Positions 12,651-25,110 of a stretch of DNA of 64,000 nt are shown one piece after another (position 1 is the stretch's first letter; each line of letters starts with the position of its first letter). The notes under the pieces are model-generated. The model saw nothing but the letters and a program-made list of their open reading frames with translations. It did not search any database and was not told the origin of the DNA. Source of the DNA: Octopus bimaculoides (lineage: Eukaryota); contig NC_068986.1 of assembly GCF_001194135.2 (NCBI RefSeq), positions 27,711,178 through 27,775,177 on the forward strand. Direction: 5' to 3'. The translations under genes were made by a program, and so were the position numbers.

Positions 12651-13726
12651 GCCTAGTGATACTCGGATCTGGTCGCTTGTGGTTCGTAGGTTCGTCAGGG
12701 TCGTATGGCGACGAATTACAGTCGCAGTGTCTCTCTATATTTGCTTCCATGTTCTTCGGTTACCTGGTCCCTATCTCTCAGTCTCGCCGGTCGATTATGT
12801 GGTCGTGGTCGCTTCTCCATAATGCGGCAATCGTTGGACACTCCTCCAGTCCTGTAGCTTGTTGTGCGTACAGTGAGCTCCATATCCCTGCAGCTCCATC
12901 GCAGGGCGGGGGTCGGGTACTGACTGGACCCGTCCCCTGTCTCCTATCCAGTCACTCGGAGGCGGGCAGCCGTCATTGGCCGTACGATCGGCCTGCAGGG
13001 ACAGTGGCCCGCCCCCATCCGGGGATGGGATCGCAACGTAAGCCGCTGATCCGCCGGCCTATGTCGGCTATTCCGCGAAAAGCCCATTCGAATCCCCTGT
13101 CGGCCCCGAGAGGCGTAGGGGCCCTATGACATCGTGNNNNNNNNNNNNNNNNNNNNNNNNNNNNNNNNNNNNNNNNNNNNNNNNNNNNNNNNNNNNNNNN
13201 NNNNNNNNNNNNNNNNNNNNNNNNNNNNNNNNNNNNNNNNNNNNNNNNNNNNNNNNNNNNNNNNNNNNNNNNNNNNNNNNNNNNNNNNNNNNNNNNNNNN
13301 NNNNNNNNNNNNNNNNNNNNNNNNNNNNNNNNNNNNNNNNNNNNNNNNNNNNNNNNNNNNNNNNNNNNNNNNNNNNNNNNNNNNNNNNNNNNNNNNNNNN
13401 NNNNNNNNNNNNNNNNNNNNNNNNNNNNNNNNNNNNNNNNNNNNNNNNNNNNNNNNNNNNNNNNNNNNNNNNNNNNNNNNNNNNNNNNNNNNNNNNNNNN
13501 NNNNNNNNNNNNNNNNNNNNNNNNNNNNNNNNNNNNNNNNNNNNNNNNNNNNNNNNNNNNNNNNNNNNNNNNNNNNNNNNNNNNNNNNNNNNNNNNNNNN
13601 NNNNNNNNNNNNNNNNNNNNNNNNNNNNNNNNNNNNNNNNNNNNNNNNNNNNNNNNNNNNNNNNNNNNNNNNNNNNNNNNNNNNNNNNNNNNNNNNNNNN
13701 GTGTCGCGCACGTTTGCGACGATGAA
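12651..13726 (+). other. GC-rich region, probable long 3' UTR of the R2-like element (partly in gap 13137-13700)
   Basis: GC- and CpG-rich composition continues from the R2 ORF; several short inverted repeats; no recognisable ORF. Confidence 0.45.
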
Positions 13727-13905
13727 CACGTAAAAGCACCCACTACACTCTCTGAGTGGTTGGCGTTAGGAAGGGCATCCAGCTGTAGAAACTCTGCCAA
13801 ATCAGACTGGAGCCTGGTGTTGCCATCCGGTTTCACCAGTCCTCAGTCAAATCGTCCAACCCATGCTAGCATGGAAAGCGGACGTTAAACGATGATGATG
13901 ATATA
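13727..13905 (+). mobile_element. SINE-like family C copy (subfamily C1), (GAT)n tail
   Basis: aaaagcacccactacactc...ggcgttaggaagggcatccagctgtagaaac...catgctagcatggaaagcggacgttaaacgatgatgat. Confidence 0.85.
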
Positions 13906-13920
13906 TATATACATATATTT

Positions 13921-14192
13921 CTAGCACTTGTGCTGGTGACACGTTAGAAAATCATTCGAGTGAGGTCATTACCAGTGCCGCTGGACTGGATCCCATGCAG
14001 GTGCCACGTAAAAGCACCCACTACACTCTCGGAGTGGTTGGCGTTAGGAAGGGCATCCAGCTGTAGAAACTCTGCCAGATCAGATTGGAGCCTGGTGCAG
14101 CCTCCTGGTTCACCAGTCCTCAGTCAAATCGTCCAAACCATGCTAGCATGGAAAGCGGACGTTAAACCATGATGATGATGATGATGATGATA
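13921..14192 (+). mobile_element. SINE-like family C copy (subfamily C2) with one 5' module
   Basis: Same body as C1 but with cagattggagcctggtgcagcctcctgg; (GAT)n tail. Confidence 0.85.
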
Positions 14193-14731
14193 TATCTAAT
14201 AGGATAAAAATATATACTGGCAAACAACTGGTATCGAGTTAGATTATGACATTTATTGGATCCAAATGTTATTGAGTGCACTTGTAATGGCTGTTTGTTG
14301 ATAGTTACCAAGATAAAGAAATCATTTACTGTAACAATAAGGAATTAATATTTAATTATGAGTTTAATGACGAGTATGCATTCGTTTAAGCGTGGGTGTA
14401 GAAGTAGCAAATGAGTGAAAAGAGACAGAGAGACAGAGAGATGTCTATATATACTTTTGTGAAAACACTACTACACTTTCTTGATACCATTTAATCAATA
14501 ACATCTTTAAAAATTTATACTGAAAAAAAATCAAAAGTTTATATACACTTGATGAGTAATTCCATTTTATTTCTGGTAAACCCTAAAGTGGTTAGAGCTT
14601 GGATCAAAACAGAACTTATCTTCTTTTTATTTCTTTTATAGGAACTTTTTAAAATATATCCACTCGCTATATTAATCAATCATGACATTAGAATATATGA
14701 ATAGTTCAACCCACCTAATTCATTAGCAAGC

Positions 14732-14894
14732 ACAGGTGCAGGAGTGGCTGTGTGGTAAGTAGCTTGCTTACCAACCACATGGTTGCTGGTTCAATCCCAC
14801 TGCATGGCACCTTGGGCAAGTGTCTTCTACTATAGCCTCAGGCCGACCAAAGCCTCGTGAGTGGATTTGGTAGACAGAAACTGAAAGCCCGTCG

Positions 14895-14929
<35 letters not shown>

Positions 14930-15154
14930 GTGTGTGTGTGTGTGTGTGTGTTTGTGTGTCTGTTTGTCCCCCAGCATCACTTGACAACTAATGCTGGTGT
15001 GTTTGTGTACCTGTAACTTAGCGGTTCGGCAAAAGAGACCGATAGAATAAGTACTAGGCTTACAAAGAATAACCTCCAGGGTCGATTTGCTTGACTATAA
15101 AGGCGGTGCTCCAGCATGGCTGCAGTCAAATGACTGAAACAGGTAAGAGAGTAA
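14732..15154 (+). mobile_element. Full-length SINE family A (tRNA-derived CORE-SINE, OR1/OR2-like)
   Basis: A box 14745-14755, B box 14788-14798, MIR-CORE-like ACCTTGGGCAAGT 14809-14821, central (TA)n(GT)n, 3' ...gactgaaacaggtaagagagtaa. Confidence 0.9.
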
Positions 15155-16846
15155 GCTTCCTGGTTGTTTGTTTAACAAAACAGTTATAGATTAAATGCTG
15201 TTTCTTCGTTACACAGATGCAGGTAGCACCCTCTCATAATTTTGGTCAAACAGGAGCTAAAGATATGTGAAACTAACTTGTTGCCTGATGAGCAGGCAGT
15301 GTACTTGAAATTTCAATTTCAATTTGTATTTCATATTTAAAAATGTTATCTTGACCTTCGTCACCATTATGAAAAATATAAGTAGGGGGAATTTTGATAT
15401 CGTGCCAAAATTAGTTAGCGGGAAAATAATGATATATATGAAGTGTTTTACTCCTTTAAGGAGATGGTGTGTTTGATGTAGTAAAAGCTGGCTTATAGCT
15501 CACATGTTTAATGTAACCATGTAGTGTTTATGTGACCAGCTATCTGAATATTCAGATGATGATAGTACTTGCAGTTCTGAATACATAGCATCTGCAAGTA
15601 AATTTAGTTTCTGCATCATTAGAGACTGGATAGGGCATATATTTGCAAAATCTAAGGATCATTTCGGTCAGTGACCAATCTAATTTGACAGAAAATCAAT
15701 CCAACAATTGCCGTTTTCTGAAAATGTTCCCAATAAAAGTGGTAGTAGTCACCTCCTCCTGTCTCTTGTTGTGCATATAAATAGTTCTTTAGCCAATGTC
15801 GTAGAAGAAAATAAAGTGTGTATGAAGCTATAAGATTTAGATTAAATTAAATGTCTATCTTTGTGGTCTGGTATAGCTTACAGTTTTTCTTCTTTCTTCT
15901 TTTTATATCTTTTTCTGTTTTAACTCTTACCCCAACCCATTGTCAGTTTCAAGAATTTAAGTCCAAGGATGCTTTATCATTAAAACATTTTCTAAATGCC
16001 TGTGTTTTGTGACTTTGGAATCGGCTCACTTTCTGGCTCTTCACCTCCAACTCGTCTGTTTCCACATGCCCTCTTCCACTCCAACTTGTTCCTTTGGCAT
16101 ATCAACTAAAATTTATTGCCAACACTAACAACAGTAAAGATGAGGATCTCATCTTAAGTTTCAGTGCTTTATTTCAGTTTTCGAATAATCGGAAATCGGC
16201 TTTCTCTCAGAGTTTTCTCTATTTTTCCTATGTAATGGCTGCTCATTCAGATTGTTTGATAGGGCAAAAAAAACACTTGCTTTTAAGTAAAATATCTTAA
16301 CTATATTATGTTCATGCATGTAAAAATTATCTGCGTTCATGTTTAGCTTAATACCCTTTAGAGTAGAGAATTATGTTGCTGTTGTAATAATATAGCCAGC
16401 TGTCTCTTCATGTACAGAAGTCAGCTATTGTGATGCATTCATATTGATGATTGAGCTGTGTTAAATGAGCTGACCAACAGACCCAGTAAGCGTTTGTATT
16501 TGCGTGTGGTTAACTAACATTTTAATGCAGTTTATCTGACAATCATTTAGTTAACATCTAGGTATGTTTTACTGCAACAATCCAATTATGATGGAGTTAG
16601 TTGATTAACCAAGTATATTTTGTCAACCCAGTGATCATACCAATAACAATCAACTGTATAATTTAATCATTGTTATATAGCAATCATACATTTTAACAAA
16701 TGACAATCATGTCTCTTGGGTTGTTGTTTGTTTGGGTTGACTAGATCTGCATTTGTATGCACAAGCCAGGGCAAGGGTTTTTTTTTTTTTTGATAAGTAG
16801 TGTACAAGTCTTTCCTCTCTCTGCCACAGATGTTTCCAAAAGAAAG

Positions 16847-17018
16847 GTTGCTGCTGCTGCCACTATTACTGTTATTGCTACTGCTACTGCTACTACTACT
16901 ACTACTACTACTATTATTACTACTACTACTATTACTACTGCTGCTACTACTACTACTACTACTACTGCTGCTGCTGCTACTATTACTACTGCTACTATTA
17001 TTACTGCTGCTGCTACTG

Positions 17019-17053
<35 letters not shown>

Positions 17054-17087
17054 GCTACTACTACTACTACTATTACTACTGCTGCTA

Positions 17088-17125
<38 letters not shown>

Positions 17126-17228
17126 ACTATTACTACTGCTGCTACTGCTGCTACTACTACTACTACTACTACTACTACTATTACTACTGCTGCTACTACT
17201 ACTACTACTACTACTATTACTACTGCTG

Positions 17229-17260
<32 letters not shown>

Positions 17261-17288
17261 ACTACTATTACTACTGCTGCTACTGCTG

Positions 17289-17321
<33 letters not shown>

Positions 17322-17465
17322 TTATTACTACTGCTACTACTATTATTACTACTGCTACTATTATTACTGCTGCTGCTGCTGCTGCTGCTACCACTACTAC
17401 TACTACTGCTACTACTACTACTGCTACTACTACTACTACTACTACTACTACTATTACTACTGCTG

Positions 17466-17497
<32 letters not shown>

Positions 17498-17802
17498 ACT
17501 ACTATTACTACTGCTGCTACTGCTGCTACTACTACTACTACTACTACTACTACTATTATTACTACTGCTACTACTATTATTACTACTGCTACTATTATTA
17601 CTGCTGCTGCTGCTGCTGCTGCTACTACTACTACTACTACTGCTACTACTACTATTATTACTACTGCTACTACTACTACTGCTGCTACTATTATTACTAC
17701 TGCTGCTACTACTACTACTACTACTACTACTGCTGCTACTATTATTACTACTGCTGCTACTACTACTACTACTACTACTACTACTGCTACTGCTGCTGCT
17801 AG
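16847..17802 (+). repeat. ~950-bp mosaic trinucleotide array (ACT/GCT/ATT) with an internal ~235-240-bp higher-order duplication
   Basis: Direct reading: the block at ~17224-17420 recurs at ~17461-17655. Confidence 0.95.
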
Positions 17803-17829
17803 TGTTCTATGTTGTTGAGAGTAAGAAAT

Positions 17830-18770
17830 ATTTTTGAACATGCAAGGTACAAGCCTGGAGTGTCTGTAACAAGCTTCAGAACATCAGGCAGTCAATCATT
17901 TCAATGTCAACAGGCTCAGAACATGTCCAGAGAGCGTTCTTATTTATGGACCTGAAACCTGGTCTATGAAGATGGAGCTTTGAGATCACCCTTCGGTGGT
18001 ATGTACAGCAGACTTCTTATGAAGGTTCAACATATATCATAGCACAAGCCCCCAAAACCTCAAAAGATGGTTTATGGACACAATCCACCCAGCTCTACTG
18101 TTGTTGCTTTTGTGTTGAATAGGATTTCATATCAGATATTATATTTTGGACTGTTCTGCAACCTGTTACAGGATGAAAGCTATACCATATATATCATATC
18201 TCATGGTGTAAGCACAAGACAAGAAGGATATTTATGGGTACATTTTGCTCATCTCTATTTTTTGATGCTCAACACAGGGTAGGCTTTACTGGCCATTTGC
18301 AGTGTTATTTCTTTACTACCCACAAGGGGCTACACACAGAGGGGACAAAGAAGGACAGACAAATGGATTAAGTCGATTATATCGACCCCAGTGAGTAATT
18401 GGTACTTATTCAATCGACCTTGAAAGGATGAAAGGCAAAGTTGACCTCGGCGGAATTTGAACTCAGAACGTAGCGGCAGACGAAATACCGCTAAGCATTT
18501 CGCCCGGCGTGCTAACGTTTCTGCCAGCTCGCCATTTGCAGTGTGCTGAATAAAAGGTAATATCAGTTGTTAGATTTTGGGAGACTTCTGCATCTTAATA
18601 GAGGACAAATATCACTTAACTATCTTGATATTGTTGGCAGAGACAACACAACAACACTCCGTGAAATTGAAGACCTACCAATGCTAATAGAGAACCAAGA
18701 TTCCTGGCATGGTGTAGAGAAACACATCTTGGTTACAGCCTCATGAAGAAGAAGACTACCGTCGTTATTT
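17830..18770 (+). mobile_element. Degenerate RTE-clade LINE 3' portion, interrupted by a family B SINE
   Basis: Frameshifted translation: KVQAWSVCNKLQNIRQS / ESVLIYGPETWS (RTE VESVLLYG.ETW motif) ... NYLDIVGRD...DSWHGV, ending in a gaagaagaag tail at ~18745-18755. Confidence 0.7.
18306..18534 (-). mobile_element. Young, complete SINE family B copy with target-site duplication
   Basis: Head tggcgagctggcagaaacgttag, B box GAGTTCAAATTCC; flanking direct repeat (gcca)tttgcagtgt at 18292-18305 and 18531-18544. Confidence 0.9.
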
Positions 18771-19398
18771 GGCAAGTGATGTGGTTAACCAACAAGCAGT
18801 GGCAATGATGTAGCTTAACAACTGTAGAGGAATACTTTTCCATGGTTACCCATTTATTACCTAACAGTTATACATAGAACATATTTACATTGCCTTTTAC
18901 TCGTAGGGATGATCTTCCTTCCCTCCCATAGTCTTAATTCATTTGTTTTCCGTTTTTCCTTGTTTCATGTTTATATGATTTTGGTTATGTACATTCGTTC
19001 TCTTGCTTATATTTTGTTTATTGTTTCATCTTCTTTTTCGTTTCCCCATATTCGATGTCATTTTGTAGATTTATAAATCTATCGTATAGCAATGATATGA
19101 AAAGCAATATGGATGGGTGATTATTCTCTATGTGCGTGTATATATATATATCTCTCTCTCTGAGACATACACACATATCACACACATTTTATGTACACAT
19201 AAACATTCACTTACAAGCACACATATGCAGATGCAACTACAATATACATGCATGTTTGTATGTGTGTGTGTGTTCACCCACACGTGTGCATGCACACACA
19301 TAATTATGCATGCATGTAATGTATATGCACATGTATATATACAAACACAGATGCTTGTTTTTGTGTGTGTGTCTGTGTGTGTGTGTATATATATAATG

Positions 19399-19429
<31 letters not shown>

Positions 19430-19707
19430 GTATATATATATATGTATATATATATATGTATATATATATATGTATATATATATATGTATATATATATGTA
19501 TATATATATATGTATATATATATATGTNNNNNNNNNNNNNNNNNNNNNNNNNNNNNNNNNNNNNNNNNNNNNNNNNNNNNNNNNNNNNNNNNNNNNNNNN
19601 NNNNNNNNNNNNNNNNNNNNNNNNNNNNNNNNNNNNNNNNNNNNNNNNNNNNNNNNNNNNNNNNNNNNNNNNNNNNNNNNNNNNNNNNNNNNNNNNNNNN
19701 NNNNNNN

Positions 19708-19759
<52 letters not shown>

Positions 19760-21260
19760 TACACCCTCTTTCTCTTTCACTTGTGTTCTTGTACTTAAAG
19801 CAGTATACGAACTGGAAACATGTGCATATCTGCTTATATATAGACATGTATATACAACTCACAAGCAATTACTAACATGGATAAGCAGAGCGACACACAC
19901 ACACATTCCCCACAAATGTATATATCTACTACCCCACCAGCCAACACACACACACACACACATACACACATGCTAGCCATTTGTGTACATTAAATGAATG
20001 AGTATGGATAGTATAATAGGTGAGTGAGCTTCTTAATTCTTCTGAGACAATCTCCAATGCTGAATTGATAGAGGAATGGTGGCCTGTCTTTACCTCCACC
20101 ACCACCATCGATACCAAGACCTAGCAAACCCACCACATCTTTCCACACACCATTCCTTTCTCCCCCCTCTGACTTTCCTTCTCCAAACACCCAAAGCCTC
20201 ACCACCACCACCACCACTACCAAGATGAGGTCCTGTTCTTATTTATCTCCTACTACCCTTCCCTCCCGCCCTCAGCTATACCCTCACCCCTACTCCATTT
20301 GTTGAAACTGACTCCTGCTGCTATAAATCTCTATATGTAATCCCCTTTGCTAGTTNNNNNNNNNNNNNNNNNNNNNNNNNNNNNNNNNNNNNNNNNNNNN
20401 NNNNNNNNNNNNNNNNNNNNNNNNNNNNNNNNNNNNNNNNNNNNNNNNNNNNNNNNNNNNNNNNNNNNNNNNNNNNNNNNNNNNNNNNNNNNNNNNNNNN
20501 NNNNNNNNNNNNNNNNNNNNNNNNNNNNNNNNNNNNNNNNNNNNNNNNNNNNNNNNNNNNNNNNNNNNNNNNNNNNNNNNNNNNNNNNNNNNNNNNNNNN
20601 NNNNNNNNNNNNNNNNNNNNNNNNNNNNNNNNNNNNNNNNNNNNNNNNNNNNNNNNNNNNNNNNNNNNNNNNNNNNNNNNNNNNNNNNNNNNNNNNNNNN
20701 NNNNNNNNNNNNNNNNNNNNNNNNNNNNNNNNNNNNNNNNNNNNNNNNNNNNNNNNNNNNNNNNNNNNNNNNNNNNNNNNNNNNNNNNNNNNNNNNNNNN
20801 NNNNNNNNNNNNNNNNNNNNNNNNNNNNNNNNNNNNNNNNNNNNNNNNNNNNNNNNNNNNNNNNNNNNNNNNNNNNNNNNNNNNNNNNNNNNNNNNNNNN
20901 NNNNNNNNNNNNNNNNNNNNNNNNNNNNNNNNNNNNNNNNNNNNNNNNNNNNNNNNNNNNNNNNNNNNNNNNNNNNNNNNNNNNNNNNNNNNNNNNNNNN
21001 NNNNNNNNNNNNNNNNNNNNNNNNNNNNNNNNNNNNNNNNNNNNNNNNNNNNNNNNNNNNNNNNNNNNNNNNNNNNNNNNNNNNNNNNNNNNNNNNNNNN
21101 NNNNNNNNNNNNNNNNNNNNNNNNNNNNNNNNNNNNNNNNNNNNNNNNNNNNNNNNNNNNNNNNNNNNNNNNNNNNNNNNNNNNNNNNNNNNNNNNNNNN
21201 NNNNNNNNNNNNNNNNNNNNNCTTAATCTTTATTTTTGATTTTGTAGCCTTGTGCTGATT

Positions 21261-21320
<60 letters not shown>

Positions 21321-21589
21321 GGTGGTGGTGGTGGTGGTGGTGGTGGTACCATACTGAAGAAGTACAAGATGGTGAACAAGAACATGCAGTCATCATCATT
21401 GTTTAACATCCGTTTCCCATGCTGGCATTGATTGCATGGCTTGACAGCAAACCCCAGGGCCATGCTGAACTCTAATGTCAGCTCTGACTTGCTTTCTAAT
21501 ACTAACCACTACATTAATAACTAGGACATGTCAGTAGGCTTGCATCTCGGCATCTGGAGAAAACATGTCCATGCTGGCTGACATTGTGA

Positions 21590-21800
21590 GATGCTGAACA
21601 GACAGCCCTGTTAAAATGTTTAGAGTATGGTTCCAGCCAGATATCCTCAAAATCATTTGATGCTTTTAGCAATCCCTTGGATAGCCAATATGGACTCCAA
21701 AGTCCTGATCTTGTGGTTTTGTAGTAAGAGATTGTATGGTGGTCAACATCGAAAAGACTGAAAAGGGCTTGACCACCTTAGATAAGCCCTTACTAACTTC
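21590..21800. pseudogene. Possible highly degenerate LINE reverse-transcriptase scraps
   Basis: Plus strand TDSPVKMFRVWFQPD resembles L1/Tx1 post-YADD G.VK.LGVWFGPD; minus strand FDVDHHT...W resembles AFD.VDH. Both matches are short. Confidence 0.25.
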
Positions 21801-22836
21801 TTTAGTGAATTTACTGGCAGACAGGGTGAGAGAGATCCCAAGTAGATGAGCCTACTCTCAGCATATGTCATCTTGTTTTGAATTCAGCTTGCAAGGAGAG
21901 ATGACTGTACTGATATGGATAAGAAATGAAAGGGAAAAATCAAGTGTTGAAAAAACAAAACAAAAAACAGTGTTACATAATCTTGGTACAGGGTATCATG
22001 TGGGAGATAAAGATTGAGGAAAACGTGAGAAGATGCAGCGAAGTCAGATCTCATGATATGAGCTTTTCAGGAAAGATGACGAAAGACAAAAAACAATTGT
22101 TAATATTTGTATGTACAGCAAACTCATCAAACCCATGCCAGCATGGAAAAACAGATGTTAAAATATTGATGGTGATTATGTTAATGGTGGTGATGATGAT
22201 GTGTGCATTTAAGAATGTATATTCATATGTCCATGTGGGATGTCTGTGTGTGTGTCTGTGTGTGTGTCTGTATGTGAAATGTATGTGTATGTGTGTGTGT
22301 GTGTGTGTGTTTATGCAGATTTGTATATACATTTGTATGCGTGTAACTGAATCTGCACAAATGTGTATATACTTACATGTTATTATGTAAGGTTGTGGAA
22401 AGTGTTTCAGCTATATGGCCATCTGTGCGTGCGTGCGTGCACATAAGTGCGTGTGTGTGTGCATGTTATTTCATGCAGTTGGGTGTATTGAGATTGTATG
22501 TGTGGGTATTTCTGTATTGCTACGGGGGAAGGAACTGGCATATTTCCACCAGACATTTCACAGGGGTTCAAAATTAACAAGCTTGACCTTTATTGTAAAC
22601 AGCAGGAAACACAAGAGTGTGTGGGTGGGACTTTGGGGTATGTGGTTCAGTCTTTTTCTCTAGTGATTGTATCTGTCTTTATGCATCTATATGTGTACAT
22701 GCTAACACTCACGTGTGCAAGTATGTTTACATTTGTCTCTGTGTATGTATATATGTTTGTGCGTGTGTGTATATATATACATATATACATATATATAATG
22801 TTTATATGTATATATTTATATATATGTATATGTATA

Positions 22837-22935
<99 letters not shown>

Positions 22936-23680
22936 ACATTTGTAAATGAGTGTATCCATATATATATGTGTGTGTATGTGTGCATATATGTATATGAGTA
23001 AATGCATATATGAGTGTGTGTGCATGCACATATATGTATATGACTATGTGCATATATATATTTATATATATGTATGCATATTTATATATGAGTATACACA
23101 CACACGCACACACACACACACACATATATATGCATGTTGATATGTATGTGTTTATATGTATATGATTGTTTATATACATATGTATATATGTTCCTGCTTT
23201 ATGTCAAAAGCCAATATGAGAATTTTTCTAATGGCAACTACCACAGTATAGTCTGTTCTAACAGAACATCCGCGTTTAAGTGGAGATAAACAATACATAC
23301 ATACATACATACATACATACATACATACATACATACATACACACACATATATATATATATANNNNNNNNNNNNNNNNNNNNNNNNNNNNNNNNNNNNNNN
23401 NNNNNNNNNNNNNNNNNNNNNNNNNNNNNNNNNNNNNNNNNNNNNNNNNNNNNNNNNNNNNNNNNNNNNNNNNNNNNNNNNNNNNNNNNNNNNNNNNNNN
23501 NNNNNNNNNNNNNNNNNNNNNNNNNNNNNNNNNNNNNNNNNNNNNNNNNNNNNNNNNNNNNNNNNNNNNNNNNNNNNNNNNNNNNNNNNNNNNNNNNNNN
23601 NNNNNNNNNNNNNNNNNNNNNNNNNNNNNNNNNNNNNNNNNNNNNNNNNNNNNNNNNNNNNNNNNNNNNNNNNNNNNNNN

Positions 23681-23715
<35 letters not shown>

Positions 23716-23734
23716 CAGGGGCCACACTTAGTTC

Positions 23735-23835
23735 TATTGGCTGTTTTCGATTGGTTTCTCTGGCTGGATGCCCTTCCTAATGCCAACCACTCTACAAAGT
23801 GTACCAGGTGCTTTTTACATAGCCACAACACCCAC
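23735..23835 (-). mobile_element. Diverged family C fragment
   Basis: ggctggatgcccttcctaatgccaaccactct...ggtgctttttaca is the reverse complement of the family C body. Confidence 0.7.
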
Positions 23836-24729
23836 ACCAATGCTGTTTATGTGGCACCTTCATTTTGGGATCTCAGTTCTGTTGTGGTGAGCGAGTCTCT
23901 TGTGTACAGCAGTGTGCTACATATCTTAGTCCTCTGTCATCTCCTTCGTATGATTCAGAGTTTTGAGACAACCTCCTAGATATTCTGTTGGATCAAAAGT
24001 GAGAGGGCTAAGAAGGTGACTCTATGTCTATTCATTGCTACATAGGCCCTTAAAACAATTAACAGAGGCAAAGTATATGTTATCAAGTCATACTCTCTTG
24101 TGAGTGACAGCTATGCCTTTTCTTCAATCTAATTACGAAACAGCTTTTCTTTTAAAAGCATGGCTGTGCTTTTGATTATTATTATTATTATTATTATTAT
24201 TTTTTCATGATTTGGGGTTTTTCTTATTTTTATTCTGAGCCCAGTATACTGATGGCGTACGTGATGAAACTTATTTGATCGCTGGTATACCACTGGAGAC
24301 TTCGTCTTCATGTAATGCACCATGATCAGATCGACTTCAACCTCAAGCATTAACCACAAGAGGGAGGTGTTGCACTCATTAGCTTGCTAACAAAACACAC
24401 TTGTCAGTATTACAGTGCTAATGCTGCTTATAAGGGATGATATGTAATCCCTTGTGGTACCTGTCAGTTATGTATCTTGGTCAACACTCAGCTGGTGACA
24501 GCATGTTATAACCATTGACACTTCAGCTGGTTCAACTTCCTATTTATCAATTTGGCCTTCTGTGACTTTGAGTGCTACTCCTTAGAAGCATGATATGAGA
24601 TTCTTTTTGAATATTTTTACTGTGGATTTGGTTTTTGCTGATACACACACACGCACATATTCATGTATGTATCTGTCTATAAGGATTATTGGTTTGGGTG
24701 TTACACTCATAACCATAAGCTATAGGTTA

Positions 24730-24775
<46 letters not shown>

Positions 24776-24979
24776 CACAGTCTGCCCAGAAAATGTATAC
24801 ACACTTCAGGAAAGGAAAAAAATCTTTATAAATGTTTGACTTGGTATAAGTACCTCTATAAATATAAATACCTCTTTTGATGTTTTATCAGATTGCAATA
24901 GCACTGAATGAAAATATTTATACAGATTTTTCCTTTCCTGAAGTGTGTATACATCCTTTTGGTGGACACACGAGTGTAT

Positions 24980-25110
24980 ATGAAAGGTTTAGTTGTGTGG
25001 TTAAGAAGTTCGCTTCACAAACATGTGGCTTCAGGTTCAGTCCCACTGTGCAGCATTCTTGGGCAATTTTTGATAATTTTTGGTTGATGGAAACTGAAGG
25101 AAGCTTATTG
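24980..25110 (+). mobile_element. Diverged SINE family A 5' fragment
   Basis: ttgtgtggttaagaagttcgctt...ggttcagtcccactg...ttgggcaa...ggaaactgaaggaagc. Confidence 0.7.

Noticed and set aside
12518-13129. 203-aa plus-strand ORF downstream of the R2 zinc knuckle
   Set aside because: It crosses the artefactual duplication and gap, has no recognisable motif, and long ORFs are expected in GC-rich DNA.
13060-13136. HDV-like ribozyme on the minus strand (CGAATGGG resembles J4/2-P2)
   Set aside because: P3 and P1 pairings could not be built in the required order, and R2 ribozymes are expected at the 5' end.
11853-13726. GC-rich island as bacterial contamination, HGT or rDNA
   Set aside because: It encodes R2-type retrotransposon motifs, and I see no 28S/18S sequence or bacterial gene.
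16800-17837. 345-aa poly-Leu ORF and the antisense Val/Ala ORF (16741-17841)
   Set aside because: A by-product of CTA/CTG/TTA all coding Leu; not a plausible protein.
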